DNA of 64,000 nt from Candidatus Altimarinota bacterium (GCA_039809385.1 JBDHUY010000007.1:33494-97493); one strand, 5' to 3'. Shown: positions 20,576 to 31,172, counted from the stretch's first letter. Translations and numbers: made by a program. The notes: generated by a model not told the origin, from the sequence alone.

Positions 20576-22045
20576 CTAGGGTTGCCCGAAAAGAATTCGT
20601 GCTACCAATGTCGCTCCGTGTGCTCGCAAGAGTTTGTCGGCAGGACCAAACTTCCCAGTTGGTTTTCCAGTGCTATCTAGGTACCCGGTGACAAAACCTT
20701 TCAGTTGGGCAAAAGCTACATATTTCTCATACCATTGCCCTTTGATCGTATCCGTAAAATCCATACTGCCTCCGATAATCTTGGATGCCAGAAATTTCTT
20801 CAGCAGAATCATTTTCAATCCTTCCACACGGATAATCGTTTGATCCGGTTTAAAGGTACCATCGGGATACCCGCTGATGAATCCCAGTCTTTTCGCTTCG
20901 GCAATATATCCGGCGGCAAAATGGGTTACCGGTACGTCCGAGAATGGAGGAGTAGCAGGTGTTGATATATCTGTTCCGCCCTCGCAGGCGATCAATATTT
21001 TTACTAACTGAGCGCGAGTCATCTCCTGGTTCGGACGAAACTCCCTTGTTCCGTTTATGCCCGGAAACCCCTCGATACAACCTTTTTCTGCCAAGTATTT
21101 GATATAACGTTCAGCCCAATGCCCGGCAATATCGGTAAAGTTGGTACCGCTGTTGCCAGTAGTACTATTTGAATTGCCGTTGACGATACCGTTTGTATTC
21201 GTGTTGTTGCTACTTCCTCCGCCGCTCCCGCTGCCTCCGCCCGAGGATGAACCACCGGAAGATCCGTTCGAGTTAGACCCGTTCAGGTTCGTATTATTGC
21301 CGTTCTGGTTAGCATTCCCATTGTTATTGGTATTCGTGTTCGAATTGGTAACTGGGCTACCGCCACCACCGCCGCCGCCACCACCACCACCGCTGCGGCG
21401 TACTGTAAAGCTGGTTGTGGCATAGGCTATATTTCCGGTAAACGAATCGGTACAGCGTACGATGACCGTATGTACCGCTTCCAATACATTATTCATAACG
21501 GCCGTATGTGTCGGCGTTCCGTTGCCGTTCATGTTCATATATTGTCCTTTGTCCAGGCTGAACAAACAACTGGCATTGACGTTCGTATTGACGTTCAAGT
21601 TTACATTGACGTTATTCCCGTTAATGGGTGTTCCCGAAACCGGAGCGGTAATTGTAACCGCAAACGGATCAGCGCTACAATTGACCACGACCGTGTGAGC
21701 CGCGTTGACACTTGCGATCACATAACTTAAGAAAACGTCGGTTCCGTTGGTACTGGCCTGTAGTTGGCTGGTGACATCGGTGCTATTGTCGATAATCGAA
21801 GAAACCTGATTTCCGGGCTTAATGAAGATCTGAATAATCGCGTCGCTGTTTAGGTCAACGTCCTGGCTTGCAGGCGAAACCGTACAGCGATTTGTGTCGC
21901 TCGATGAAGCCGTAATAGTAAAAGACGGCCCTACCGCCAGAGTAGGAGCGGGAATCATGGTGGCAATCAGAGAAAGCGCCATTACCACTAACAGCGTTTT
22001 TCCGATTATCCCAAGTTTTCCCAGAGATCGCTTGAACGATGTCAT
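20576..22045 (-). CDS. Secreted S-layer homology (SLH) protein with Ig-like domains and a Gly/Asn low-complexity linker
   Basis: Signal peptide; three SLH repeats (FTDIAGHWAE..FRPNQEMTRAQ, FSDV..GYPDGTFKPD, FTD..WYEKYV); poly-G and NxN tract. Confidence 0.88.
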   Translation of the reverse strand: MTSFKRSLGKLGIIGKTLLVVMALSLIATMIPAPTLAVGPSFTITASSSDTNRCTVSPASQDVDLNSDAIIQIFIKPGNQVSSIIDNSTDVTSQLQASTNGTDVFLSYVIASVNAAHTVVVNCSADPFAVTITAPVSGTPINGNNVNVNLNVNTNVNASCLFSLDKGQYMNMNGNGTPTHTAVMNNVLEAVHTVIVRCTDSFTGNIAYATTSFTVRRSGGGGGGGGGGGSPVTNSNTNTNNNGNANQNGNNTNLNGSNSNGSSGGSSSGGGSGSGGGSSNNTNTNGIVNGNSNSTTGNSGTNFTDIAGHWAERYIKYLAEKGCIEGFPGINGTREFRPNQEMTRAQLVKILIACEGGTDISTPATPPFSDVPVTHFAAGYIAEAKRLGFISGYPDGTFKPDQTIIRVEGLKMILLKKFLASKIIGGSMDFTDTIKGQWYEKYVAFAQLKGFVTGYLDSTGKPTGKFGPADKLLRAHGATLVARILFGQP

Positions 22046-22522
22046 AAGGGAGGAAAGATAAAAATGTTAAAGTACTTTTACATTCTAATAATTGAGTCCG
22101 CGCAGGTCAAGGTTAAACGCGGAGAGGTTTTGGATTTTTTTTGACGAATCAAAATATTCGGTTTGCAAGAAGACGGTTTGATTTTGAGAATGTCCTGTCG
22201 CCGCAGCCCCGTTGTCTCTTATTCCTTGAGATTTTTATAGGTATTTACATACAAAGTCTTGTCTTGACTATGTTGTCGTTTTCTTATTGAGACGTCAACT
22301 TTACCGGCGGCTTTCGTATATGATTATCCTTGATTTTTTTCGATATGTTCCTGCATCGATTGGTTTTACGTTTTGTTCTGTACGATCATTCCGTATTTTC
22401 ATCGTCCGCAATGTGACGTATGTATGGCAAGTCTTCCTGACCATTATGCTCTAATTTATGAAGAATCCGATTATTAAAACAGTATCTTTTCCAAGTTTCT
22501 CCCGTGAATTAGAACTTTTGTC

Positions 22523-22551
22523 TTGCCAGCTTTTTTTTTGCTCGGTATAAT
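22523..22551 (+). promoter_or_regulatory. Sigma70-type promoter of the DUF4331 gene
   Basis: TTGCCA-17 nt-TATAAT, about 48 nt upstream of the ATG. Confidence 0.6.
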
Positions 22552-22598
22552 GTCAACGTTACTTTACATACTTTATTTATCTAATCTTCAAGCAAAGT

Positions 22599-24356
22599 AT
22601 GTTCTCCATACCTAAAAAGCGCAAAGGAGCACTTATGGCTCTTTTTGCCGCTGTTGCGCTTAGCCTGCTTCCCGCCGGGGCCCTGCAGGTACACGGATCT
22701 TCCCACTACGAAGCTCCGCTGACTTCTGGAATCTATCGTCCGTACGATATTTCCGACGTCTATTCTTTCCGCTGCCCGGACAACACCAACAGTATTTGTT
22801 TCGTTGTCGACGTTGCTCCGCTCCTCCAGCAGCCAGCCGGCGGACCGAATTTCTATCCGTTTTCCGACGATGCTCTGTACGATATCAAAATCGATAACAA
22901 CGGAGACGCCGTAGAAGACGTTACTTTCCGGTTTGACTTTAGCCGAAGCTACGCTATTAACAATACATTTCTGTATAACGTCGGACCGATCACGTCGCTG
23001 AACGATTCCGATCTGAATTTTCATCAGACCTATAATCTGGATATGATCAAGAATGGCGTAACGACTCGTATTCTTACGGGTGCTCCTGTTCCTCCACACA
23101 ATATCGGCGATAACCATAACGGACTTGTATCAACTCAAAACTATGGCGCTCTATCGAGTGCCGCCATTCAGAGTGCTAACTTTAATGGAGCTATAGGCAA
23201 GGCTTTTGCCGGTCAGCGCGACGACCCCTTCTTCGTCGATCTGGGAGCGACCTTCGACCTTCTTCAGGAGCGTCCGCCTTTTTTCAACGCCAATACCGGC
23301 CGCGATGGAGTTGCGGGCTATAACGTAAACGTTTTGGCTCTCCAGGTACCTGCTACTGTCTTGACGAATAACGGAGCTGTTCCCAACGCCAATTCGGGGA
23401 ACCATATTATCGGTGTCTGGGCTACCACTTCGATTCCGCGCTTGATCGTTTCCAACCAGAATGCCAGCGCTCTGCCGGTAAAAACGCAATACCGCCAGGT
23501 TTCCCGTCTGGGACAGCCATTAGTCAACGAGGTCGTTATTCCGATACAGACAAACCTGAATGGTACGCTTATCGGTGTAAAAGACGCTTTTAACAGTCTC
23601 GAACCCAAAGACGATCTGGCCACCTTTAGCGCCGTATTCCCCACTCCGGTCAATCATCCAGTCCTCGATCCGGAAGTCGGTAAACTGCTTGCCGGTCTCT
23701 ACAATATCAATGTTCCTCCGCAGCCAAGCAGAAATTATAACAGTTCGGTCAGTGCCAACGTCAATGTAAACGGTACTGTTTATTGCCAGAATCTGACTAA
23801 TAATTCCGGTCGTAGCGATTTACTTACGATCTTCCTGACCGGTATTCCCGGTATCAATCAGCCTGCTAGCGTCGCTCCTTCGGAAATGCTGCGTCTGAAT
23901 ATGACTACTCCGGTCAGCAGCGCTTGTCCGATCGACGCTACCACGCATTCCGATCGCTGCCGCGCCGGTCTGCTGGGAGGTTTGGGCTTTGGCGATCTGG
24001 AAGGATATCCCAACGGACGCCGTCTCTTTGACGACGTGACCGATATTTCTCTCCAGGCTGTAGCCGGTGCTGCTTACAATGTTATTCTCGGTGGCGGAGT
24101 CGCCAGCTGTATTACCCCGGATCCTTTGGCAGGTCAACTGGGAGACGCCGTTCCTCAGAACGATCGTCCGTTCATGGATACTTTCCCGTACGTAGCATTG
24201 CCTTTTGACGGTTATAACAGCACCCCGGGTGAGATGATCACCTCCGTGGTACGTACCTTTGCTCTGGAATATCCCGTGCTCTCCGTGGTGGATCAACTGC
24301 CATCCGCAATGAGCAAAGTAAGTGATCTGCTGTCTCAGGTAGGCGCTCGCGGATAA
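22599..24356 (+). CDS. DUF4331 family secreted protein
   Basis: Signal peptide then SSHYEAP, DISDVYSF, FAGQRDDPFFVDLG, QVSRLGQPLVNEV, GYPNGRRLFDDVTDI. Confidence 0.9.
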   Translation: MFSIPKKRKGALMALFAAVALSLLPAGALQVHGSSHYEAPLTSGIYRPYDISDVYSFRCPDNTNSICFVVDVAPLLQQPAGGPNFYPFSDDALYDIKIDNNGDAVEDVTFRFDFSRSYAINNTFLYNVGPITSLNDSDLNFHQTYNLDMIKNGVTTRILTGAPVPPHNIGDNHNGLVSTQNYGALSSAAIQSANFNGAIGKAFAGQRDDPFFVDLGATFDLLQERPPFFNANTGRDGVAGYNVNVLALQVPATVLTNNGAVPNANSGNHIIGVWATTSIPRLIVSNQNASALPVKTQYRQVSRLGQPLVNEVVIPIQTNLNGTLIGVKDAFNSLEPKDDLATFSAVFPTPVNHPVLDPEVGKLLAGLYNINVPPQPSRNYNSSVSANVNVNGTVYCQNLTNNSGRSDLLTIFLTGIPGINQPASVAPSEMLRLNMTTPVSSACPIDATTHSDRCRAGLLGGLGFGDLEGYPNGRRLFDDVTDISLQAVAGAAYNVILGGGVASCITPDPLAGQLGDAVPQNDRPFMDTFPYVALPFDGYNSTPGEMITSVVRTFALEYPVLSVVDQLPSAMSKVSDLLSQVGARG

Positions 24357-24382
24357 TTTCGGATTTGACTACGCTTTGAATG

Positions 24383-24415
24383 AAAAGGCGGTTTCCCTCG
24401 GGAATCGCCTTTTTT
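24383..24415 (+). terminator. Intrinsic terminator
   Basis: AAAAGGCGGTTTCCC..GGGAATCGCCTTTTTT hairpin with a U-tract after the DUF4331 stop. Confidence 0.7.
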
Positions 24416-24505
24416 GTATCTTTTTCACTTCTGCTAACATTAAAAAAAACTAAACTTTGATAAAAAACGTATTGCTCTATTGCTTTTGGTTGTGGCGGTC
24501 TTAGA

Positions 24506-27500
24506 ATGAAAATTGAATTTTCGCGTATGACCTTTTTCAAAAGAATATTTCCGGTCTTGTTGTTGCCGATTTTATTGATCTCGTTTTTGGTATATCCTGC
24601 GCGTCTTTTACGAGCCTCTACCGCGCGCGTCGTTATTAACGAGATCATGTACAATCCGGTCGGGACCGATACCAATCGCGAGTGGATAGAACTCTATAAT
24701 ACTTCCACCGACTCTGTGGATTTGACCGGCTGGAAATTTCTCGAATCGGGTGTGGCGCACGGCTTGCATGCTGTCCAGGGCGGAACGCTCTTGCCGGCTG
24801 AGGGCTATGCCGTGGTAACCGGCAGCGGAGCTTTGTTTTTACAAGAGTACCCCACATTTTCGGGATTGCTTTTTGATACTTCTTTTTCACTGGTCAATAC
24901 CGGTGAACCCTTGACGATCAAAAACGACGAAGGCGGTGTGAGCGATACCCTTTCCTATACCAATCTTGCAGCTGACGGGAATGGAAAAACATGGGAACGG
25001 AACCTTCAAGACGCTTTGACGGAAAGTATTGTCATCGGCGGCACGCCCGGTCAGAGAAACAGCATAGTTCCGGTTCCCGCGGGTAACGCGAACCAGAATA
25101 TCGATCAAGGTAACGCGAATATGTCCTCTCAAAATACCAACACTAACAGTCCTGAACCTAATACCAACGAGAATGATGGACAGGGGAACCACAACTCTAA
25201 TGCCAATACTCCCGTTTCCGAGCCAATATTCAATGTGAATAGCAACGATTCTCCCCTTCCTGCGAACCAGAATGTTAATTTTTCTCTTCCCAATGCCAAT
25301 AGTGATGGGGACACGAATCAAAACTCCCAGGAAAATGCCAATGTTTCTTTTGGGAACGACAATCAAAATTTTGCAAATTCTAATGCAAATATCTCTTCCA
25401 ACCAGAATGTCTCGATAACCCCTGTACTCACGCGCGGTACATTGCTTATCAACGAAATTCTCATACAACCCGAAAGCGGCGCTAAAGAGTGGATCGAGCT
25501 TTATAATACGAGCGGAGAACCGGTCGATCTCGCGCAGGTCACGCTGCGCGATAAGGGCGGTACTGCTAAAGTGCTCTCCGGAATCATCGAGGGAGAATCA
25601 TACTTTGTTCTCGAACCTGCCCCTGTTTCGCTGAATAATGACGGCGATCAAATCTTTCTCGAAAATAAGATTTCCGGAACTCTCATCGATACGGTAGCGT
25701 ATGGAAGCGGTACTTCCCTGATGCCTTCGGCTATAGGTAAAAGTCTGGGACGCTATCCGGATCATGCCGATTCGCAAGTGTCGTCAGCAGATTTTCACAG
25801 CTTCTCTATCCCTACCAAAGGGATGCCCAATATAGTAAATAATGCTTCTCCCGTGGCCGTTATTACTCTGCAATCGCCTTTCAAAACTAGCGGAGTTGCC
25901 CCTTTTTCGCTCAACGCTACCGGAGAGGAAAGTTCCGACCCCGACCAGGATCCCCTTTCGTTTCGCTGGGAATTTGGCGACGGTACCGAAAATAACGAAG
26001 AAAATCCCGCTGCCAAGCGTTACGAAACTCCCGGGACGTATACGCTTCGTCTTACGGTTACCGATACCTGGGGAGAGAGCAATACCGCCGAACAGGTGGT
26101 AACGGTTTTCAGCAAATCGCCGTCGAATACCGGAAGCAGTACAGGGGCGTCGAGTTCTTCTTCCTCACCGGTCGCTACCGCCTGTACTCCCCGTGACACC
26201 AGCGGAAAAATCCGTATAACCGAAGTGCTCCCCAATCCTGTCGGGATCGATACGAATAACGAATTTATCGAAATCGCCAATCTGGATACCCGTTCGATCA
26301 ATCTGTGCGGATGGCAAGTTGACGATGCCGAAGGAGGTAGTGCTCCGTATTCGATTTCTTACGATCTTGAGCTTGAACCGGGAGAATATCTGGCTTTATA
26401 CGCGCAGCAGACCAAATTGTCGTTGGGCAATACGTCTGATGCGGTACGACTCTTCACTCCGCAAAAAATCGTAATCGATTCTGTAACCTACACCAATCCG
26501 CCCGAAGGCAAAAGCTGGTCTCTAAAAAGAGTACTGGCGCGCCATTCTTCCAGACTCGTGGCTTCCACCAACCTGCTGATCGGCATGGAAACGAACGATA
26601 ATGGTAACTCGGACTGGGAATGGGTAACTCCCAGTCCGGGACAGCCGACTCCCGTGTCGGTACAAATGTCCGTTTCGGACGGAGTTATCATTTCCGAGCT
26701 TTTTACCGACCCCGACGGTGCCGATGAGGAAGCTGAATTTATCGAATTACAGAATATCTCGGAGCATGAAATAGATCTTACCGGTTGGCAGCTCTCCGAC
26801 GGATCGTCTAGTTATACCTTTCCGGAAGAAACTATTCTCGAGGCTCAGGCTCTGCGTGCTTTTTATCGTCCCGTGACCCACATTTCTCTCAATAATACAA
26901 CAGATGCCATCGAACTGTTCAACCCCAATCACGAGGTTATCGACAAAATTATGTATGAAAAGTCCGAACCGGCCAAAAGTTTTAGTAGGTTTGTCAATGA
27001 TCTATCCTATGTCCAAGATTCGGTCTGGGAATGGTCTCTCCCGACTCCGGACCTGCCCAATGTCAGAATCCCTCTCTCGGTAACTCCCGACCCTCCTGCG
27101 GGAACATACCGTGAACCGGTACGTGTCTCTTTTTCATCTAATAAAACCGGAACAAAAATATTCTATGCTTTTTCAGGTGATACTACTCCCGACGACTATT
27201 TCGAATATACGACTCCTTTCCTGCTCGAAGCCAGTACCGAACTCTGGTTTTTCGGACTCACGAGCGAAAATGACCGTACGGGTTTGGTGATGGCGGAATA
27301 TCGTATTGATCCGTCTCTTAGTGCAGGGACAGGGTCTCTTATTACCACTTTGGGGGATCTGGCGGTCAGCGAAATCTTTCCAGATCCCGGCGGTAAAGAT
27401 GCCGGTCGGGAATGGATCGAAGTATATAACCGTTCCGATACTGCGGTTGATCTGAACAATTTTACTTTTACGAATAAAAAGAAACAGCGTTATACGGTTG

Positions 27501-28582
27501 ATGATTCTTTGACTATCGAGCCGGGCCGATATGCTGCGGTTTTTATCGATTCCGAAAGCTTCTCGCTCACCAATACCGAAGATACGATAACCCTGCTGGA
27601 TGCAGCCGGCGATGAGCTCGACCGCGTTCATTATCGGGACGTCCGTACCGATCGCAGCTTTGTTCGGGGAGAAGATTTTTCTCCCGAACTTTTTCCGAGC
27701 GATTTTCCAACTCCCGGTGAATCTAATATCCGGTTTGTTCTGATACCCCTCGAACAGGATCGCGACCGCGATCTCATTAAAGACGATCTGGAGCGGGAGC
27801 TGCGAACCGATACGGCACGTTTTGACACCGACGGCGATCATATTGCCGACTTCTTTGAATTTCTAATAGGTTCCGATCCTCTGGTCAGTGATGCCGACGA
27901 TGCCAAAACTGACCGTTACGAGGAGTATTTGAAAAATTTTGTGACGCTTACCTCTTCCACGACGAAAAGCGGACTTTTTTTACAGGGAAAAAGTTTGCCG
28001 AATAGCTCTTTGCTGCTAAAAATCTTTTCCGCGCTTGAGCCGCAGGAAACTTTTACCATCAAGACCAGTGTAAAAAGTGACGGTACCTACAGTGCTAAAC
28101 TGACACGCGCGTTGCCGTCAGGACTTTTCGATGTACAGGCGATTATTACCGATCCGGAGGGCGTGAAAAGCCACCAAAGTCGGGCGGTTTCGTTTGTGCT
28201 GGAAGATGATTATGTTCCTCCTGTTGCCGCTACCAAGACCAAAGCCGCTTCCTCAAAAACGAAGCCTTCAACCGGGAATCAGAATACAAACGTAAACGGT
28301 CTTGCTTTAGGGAATGAAAATCAAAACTCGCCCCTGAACGGCAATGAAAACCTGAATACGAATGCTTCCCTCAACTTTTTGGAGGAAACTATGCTTATGG
28401 GTACTGATCAGGAAAACGACAATACTAACGCCTCTGTGCAGACGGCGTTGGCGGCGGATCTGAAAACCGATTTACCCGATAGTTCCGGTATTCCCTTGTG
28501 GTACTGGATTCTGGGGGGAGTGTTGCTGGCGGGGGGAGTAGGAGCGGTATTCTTCTGGTGGAAACCCGGTAAAGAATCATGA
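24506..28582 (+). CDS. Large surface protein: five lamin-tail domains, PKD, chitobiase/Fn3-like, Ca-binding DxDxD repeats, C-terminal TM anchor
   Basis: Repeated (I/V)(N/T/S)E...P......E(W/F)IE(L/I/V).N motif x5; PKD WEFGDG..YETPGTYTLRLTVTD; DTDGDHIAD; Asn-rich linkers; C-terminal LWYWILGGVLLAGG. Confidence 0.88.
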   Translation: MKIEFSRMTFFKRIFPVLLLPILLISFLVYPARLLRASTARVVINEIMYNPVGTDTNREWIELYNTSTDSVDLTGWKFLESGVAHGLHAVQGGTLLPAEGYAVVTGSGALFLQEYPTFSGLLFDTSFSLVNTGEPLTIKNDEGGVSDTLSYTNLAADGNGKTWERNLQDALTESIVIGGTPGQRNSIVPVPAGNANQNIDQGNANMSSQNTNTNSPEPNTNENDGQGNHNSNANTPVSEPIFNVNSNDSPLPANQNVNFSLPNANSDGDTNQNSQENANVSFGNDNQNFANSNANISSNQNVSITPVLTRGTLLINEILIQPESGAKEWIELYNTSGEPVDLAQVTLRDKGGTAKVLSGIIEGESYFVLEPAPVSLNNDGDQIFLENKISGTLIDTVAYGSGTSLMPSAIGKSLGRYPDHADSQVSSADFHSFSIPTKGMPNIVNNASPVAVITLQSPFKTSGVAPFSLNATGEESSDPDQDPLSFRWEFGDGTENNEENPAAKRYETPGTYTLRLTVTDTWGESNTAEQVVTVFSKSPSNTGSSTGASSSSSSPVATACTPRDTSGKIRITEVLPNPVGIDTNNEFIEIANLDTRSINLCGWQVDDAEGGSAPYSISYDLELEPGEYLALYAQQTKLSLGNTSDAVRLFTPQKIVIDSVTYTNPPEGKSWSLKRVLARHSSRLVASTNLLIGMETNDNGNSDWEWVTPSPGQPTPVSVQMSVSDGVIISELFTDPDGADEEAEFIELQNISEHEIDLTGWQLSDGSSSYTFPEETILEAQALRAFYRPVTHISLNNTTDAIELFNPNHEVIDKIMYEKSEPAKSFSRFVNDLSYVQDSVWEWSLPTPDLPNVRIPLSVTPDPPAGTYREPVRVSFSSNKTGTKIFYAFSGDTTPDDYFEYTTPFLLEASTELWFFGLTSENDRTGLVMAEYRIDPSLSAGTGSLITTLGDLAVSEIFPDPGGKDAGREWIEVYNRSDTAVDLNNFTFTNKKKQRYTVDDSLTIEPGRYAAVFIDSESFSLTNTEDTITLLDAAGDELDRVHYRDVRTDRSFVRGEDFSPELFPSDFPTPGESNIRFVLIPLEQDRDRDLIKDDLERELRTDTARFDTDGDHIADFFEFLIGSDPLVSDADDAKTDRYEEYLKNFVTLTSSTTKSGLFLQGKSLPNSSLLLKIFSALEPQETFTIKTSVKSDGTYSAKLTRALPSGLFDVQAIITDPEGVKSHQSRAVSFVLEDDYVPPVAATKTKAASSKTKPSTGNQNTNVNGLALGNENQNSPLNGNENLNTNASLNFLEETMLMGTDQENDNTNASVQTALAADLKTDLPDSSGIPLWYWILGGVLLAGGVGAVFFWWKPGKES

Positions 28583-28665
28583 ACTTAGAACGATCCGAGG
28601 GGGTAACTGCCTTGATCTCATAGGTACATCGTGTATACTATAAGTACTTTATATAACGCTTTTTC

Positions 28666-29175
28666 ATGCCTACGACTACCGCAAAACCTGACTACGAGCG
28701 TGCCAAAAAGAAAGCCGAAGAACTTCTGGCGAATTTTAAAATCGAGGAACCGATCGTACCTGTTTTTGAAATTGCCAAGACACTTGGGCTAGAAGTCAAA
28801 ATTGTAAGAATGCCAGAAAAATTGCTCAGCGTTTCTGGATTTATCGATATACCGCATAAGATTATTTATGTTAACTCGGATGATTCTCCTGCCAGAAGGC
28901 TCTTTACTGTTGCGCATGAATTGGGGCATTATTTATTGAACCATAAGCCGGGGGAGATTGAGGTGCTGTTGAGACTCACGACGGTTGAAACGACTCCTAT
29001 TGAGAAAGAGGCGAACTGTTTTGCGGCCAACCTTCTTGTTCCTGAAAAAAAATTGCTGAATGTCATGAATACCTATCATCTGACACGTAAGGAATCTGAA
29101 ATTCTGGCAAAACTCTTTGGTGTATCAAATGAGGTCATCATTAATAGATTACATCATCTTTCATGGAAGAGATAA
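28666..29175 (+). CDS. ImmA/IrrE family metallo-endopeptidase (copy 1)
   Basis: RLFTVAHELGH and EKEANCFAANLLVP motifs. Confidence 0.9.
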   Translation: MPTTTAKPDYERAKKKAEELLANFKIEEPIVPVFEIAKTLGLEVKIVRMPEKLLSVSGFIDIPHKIIYVNSDDSPARRLFTVAHELGHYLLNHKPGEIEVLLRLTTVETTPIEKEANCFAANLLVPEKKLLNVMNTYHLTRKESEILAKLFGVSNEVIINRLHHLSWKR

Positions 29176-29531
29176 CTAGGCAGAGACCCGACCTTCAAGA
29201 TGCGCTATCTCTTATTGAGAATGTCAAACCTGTGGCAAGCCCTTCTCTGGAAGGGTCGAATCTTGAATTTGATAAAGCAAGAATCGAGCTTTTGATACGA
29301 GAAAAAGATGAGATTATCAGAATGCGAAGAATGTGGTCCATAACTATACTTGTAGCCATTATTGGCATTACGGTCTTCGATATTATCGTTATAACTTTGT
29401 TGGGTATTGGCCTTATGAGATTTTCCGAAGGTTATATCGTTCCGGCATTTATCGCAGAGAGTTTGCTAAAAACACTCGGTTTGGCTGCGATTGTAGTAAA
29501 CTTTTTGTTTGATCATAAATCTTTGAGGTAA
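29163..29531 (+). CDS. Small two-TM membrane protein, partner of ImmA/IrrE copy 1
   Basis: Overlaps the peptidase 3' end by 13 nt; charged N-terminus, two hydrophobic helices, ends IVVNFLF. Confidence 0.75.
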   Translation: MEEITRQRPDLQDALSLIENVKPVASPSLEGSNLEFDKARIELLIREKDEIIRMRRMWSITILVAIIGITVFDIIVITLLGIGLMRFSEGYIVPAFIAESLLKTLGLAAIVVNFLFDHKSLR

Positions 29532-29550
29532 TAGTGTTCATGCTTCGCCT

Positions 29551-30012
29551 ATGAACTCATTTGGCGCCTTTGCGATTATCTTTGACGATGCGGGACGAGT
29601 TCTTTTCGCTCGTCGTCGAGACTACGATTTGTGGAACCTGCCGGGCGGAGGCAGCGAAGAAGGCGAGGCGCCCGAGGAAACGGCAGTACGAGAAGTACGA
29701 GAGGAAGTCGGTTTAGAAGTGGAGATAGACAGACTCGTCAGTCGCGATTTCCATCGTAAAGAGCATAAACCGGTTTATACTTTTTTGTGTCGCATCATAA
29801 GGGGTGTTCCGGTCGAAACCGACGAATCGCGGGAGGTAAGGTATTTTACGTATACAGAAATTCCGCCCAATGCCGCTATTTCGCATGTCTGGCGCGTGCA
29901 TAAGGTTTTGTCCAATATATCCGTAGCAGAGCCTCCTCCGCGCTCCTTTCCCTCTGCGATTGAACTTCTGCAACAGGGAGAGGCGGTGAACTGGCATCTC
30001 TACCTCGATTGA
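29551..30012 (+). CDS. NUDIX hydrolase
   Basis: Nudix box GGSEEGEAPEETAVREVREEVGL. Confidence 0.92.
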   Translation: MNSFGAFAIIFDDAGRVLFARRRDYDLWNLPGGGSEEGEAPEETAVREVREEVGLEVEIDRLVSRDFHRKEHKPVYTFLCRIIRGVPVETDESREVRYFTYTEIPPNAAISHVWRVHKVLSNISVAEPPPRSFPSAIELLQQGEAVNWHLYLD

Positions 30013-30116
30013 ATCTTTGTTTCCCTAAAGTCTTGTCCTATTCATTCTTTTCATAATCTCCTCTGGCTCAGGGACGAATCTTGGTTATAATAGGCACGAT
30101 TCTTCCCTTTTTGCCC

Positions 30117-31172
30117 ATGCAAAGTCTTTCGGACCTGGTGTTTATCGGTGTCTATTCGATTCTCTCGTGTATTCTGGCGTTTATGCTGGCGCCTGCGTTT
30201 ATCCGTCTTCTGCTCAAGTACCGGCTGGGTAAACAGCTGAGAGAACACGCGGTGGACGGTAAAGCGGCTACGATCTTTAATCAACTGCATGGCAAGAAGA
30301 AAGGGACCCCGACGATGGGCGGAGTGCTGGTGTGGGGGACAACGCTTATGGTAGTGTTGTTATCGCGCATTGCTTCGGCACTTGACTGGATTCCTCAGTC
30401 CCTTCTGCAACGAAGTGAGACGTACTTACCGTTGGCAACATTGATCGCTACAGCGGTGCTGGGGTTGATCGACGATTTTTATAATATCCGGGGGGTTGGA
30501 AAAGCCAAAGGGATCGATGTGAAACCGAAATTTCTGTGGCTGATTTTATTTTCGGCGATCGGGGCGTGGTGGTTTCATTACAAGCTAGAGTATAGTTCGA
30601 TTCATATTCCGGCGGTGGGGGATTTTGATATCGGGTTCTGGTATATTCCGCTGTTTATGCTGGTGATTATCTCGACCGCGAATGCGGTAAATATCACCGA
30701 CGGTTTGGACGGTCTGGCGGGGGGGTTGCTGATGATTGCCTTCGGGGCGTTCGGAATTATCGCGTATGCGCACGGCATGGTTTTTCTGACGGCTCTGTGC
30801 GGGGTAATCTGCGGGGCGCTAGCGTCTTTTCTATGGTTTAACATTTCGCCGGCGCGCTTCTATATGGGCGATACGGGTGCGCTCTCGTTGGGGGCGACGC
30901 TGGGGGTGATTGCGCTGCTGACGAACTCGATCTTTGTGTTGGTGATTATCGCCGGGGTGTTTGTGATAGAAACGTTATCCGATATTATTCAGATCGCGTC
31001 TAAGAAGTTTCGCAAGAAAAAGGTCTTTCTGATCGCGCCGCTGCACCATCATTTCGAAGCGCTGGGCTGGCCTGAGCATACGGTGGTGTTTCGGTTCTGG
31101 ATCATCGGCGGTTTGCTGGCGGTGATGGGCGTAGTGATCGGGGTGGTGGGAATGGGGGTTGGAGTGTTTTAG
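30117..31172 (+). CDS. mraY: Phospho-N-acetylmuramoyl-pentapeptide transferase
   Basis: KKGTPTMGG, GLIDD, NAVNITDGLDGL, YMGDTG, APLHHHFE. Confidence 0.96.
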   Translation: MQSLSDLVFIGVYSILSCILAFMLAPAFIRLLLKYRLGKQLREHAVDGKAATIFNQLHGKKKGTPTMGGVLVWGTTLMVVLLSRIASALDWIPQSLLQRSETYLPLATLIATAVLGLIDDFYNIRGVGKAKGIDVKPKFLWLILFSAIGAWWFHYKLEYSSIHIPAVGDFDIGFWYIPLFMLVIISTANAVNITDGLDGLAGGLLMIAFGAFGIIAYAHGMVFLTALCGVICGALASFLWFNISPARFYMGDTGALSLGATLGVIALLTNSIFVLVIIAGVFVIETLSDIIQIASKKFRKKKVFLIAPLHHHFEALGWPEHTVVFRFWIIGGLLAVMGVVIGVVGMGVGVF

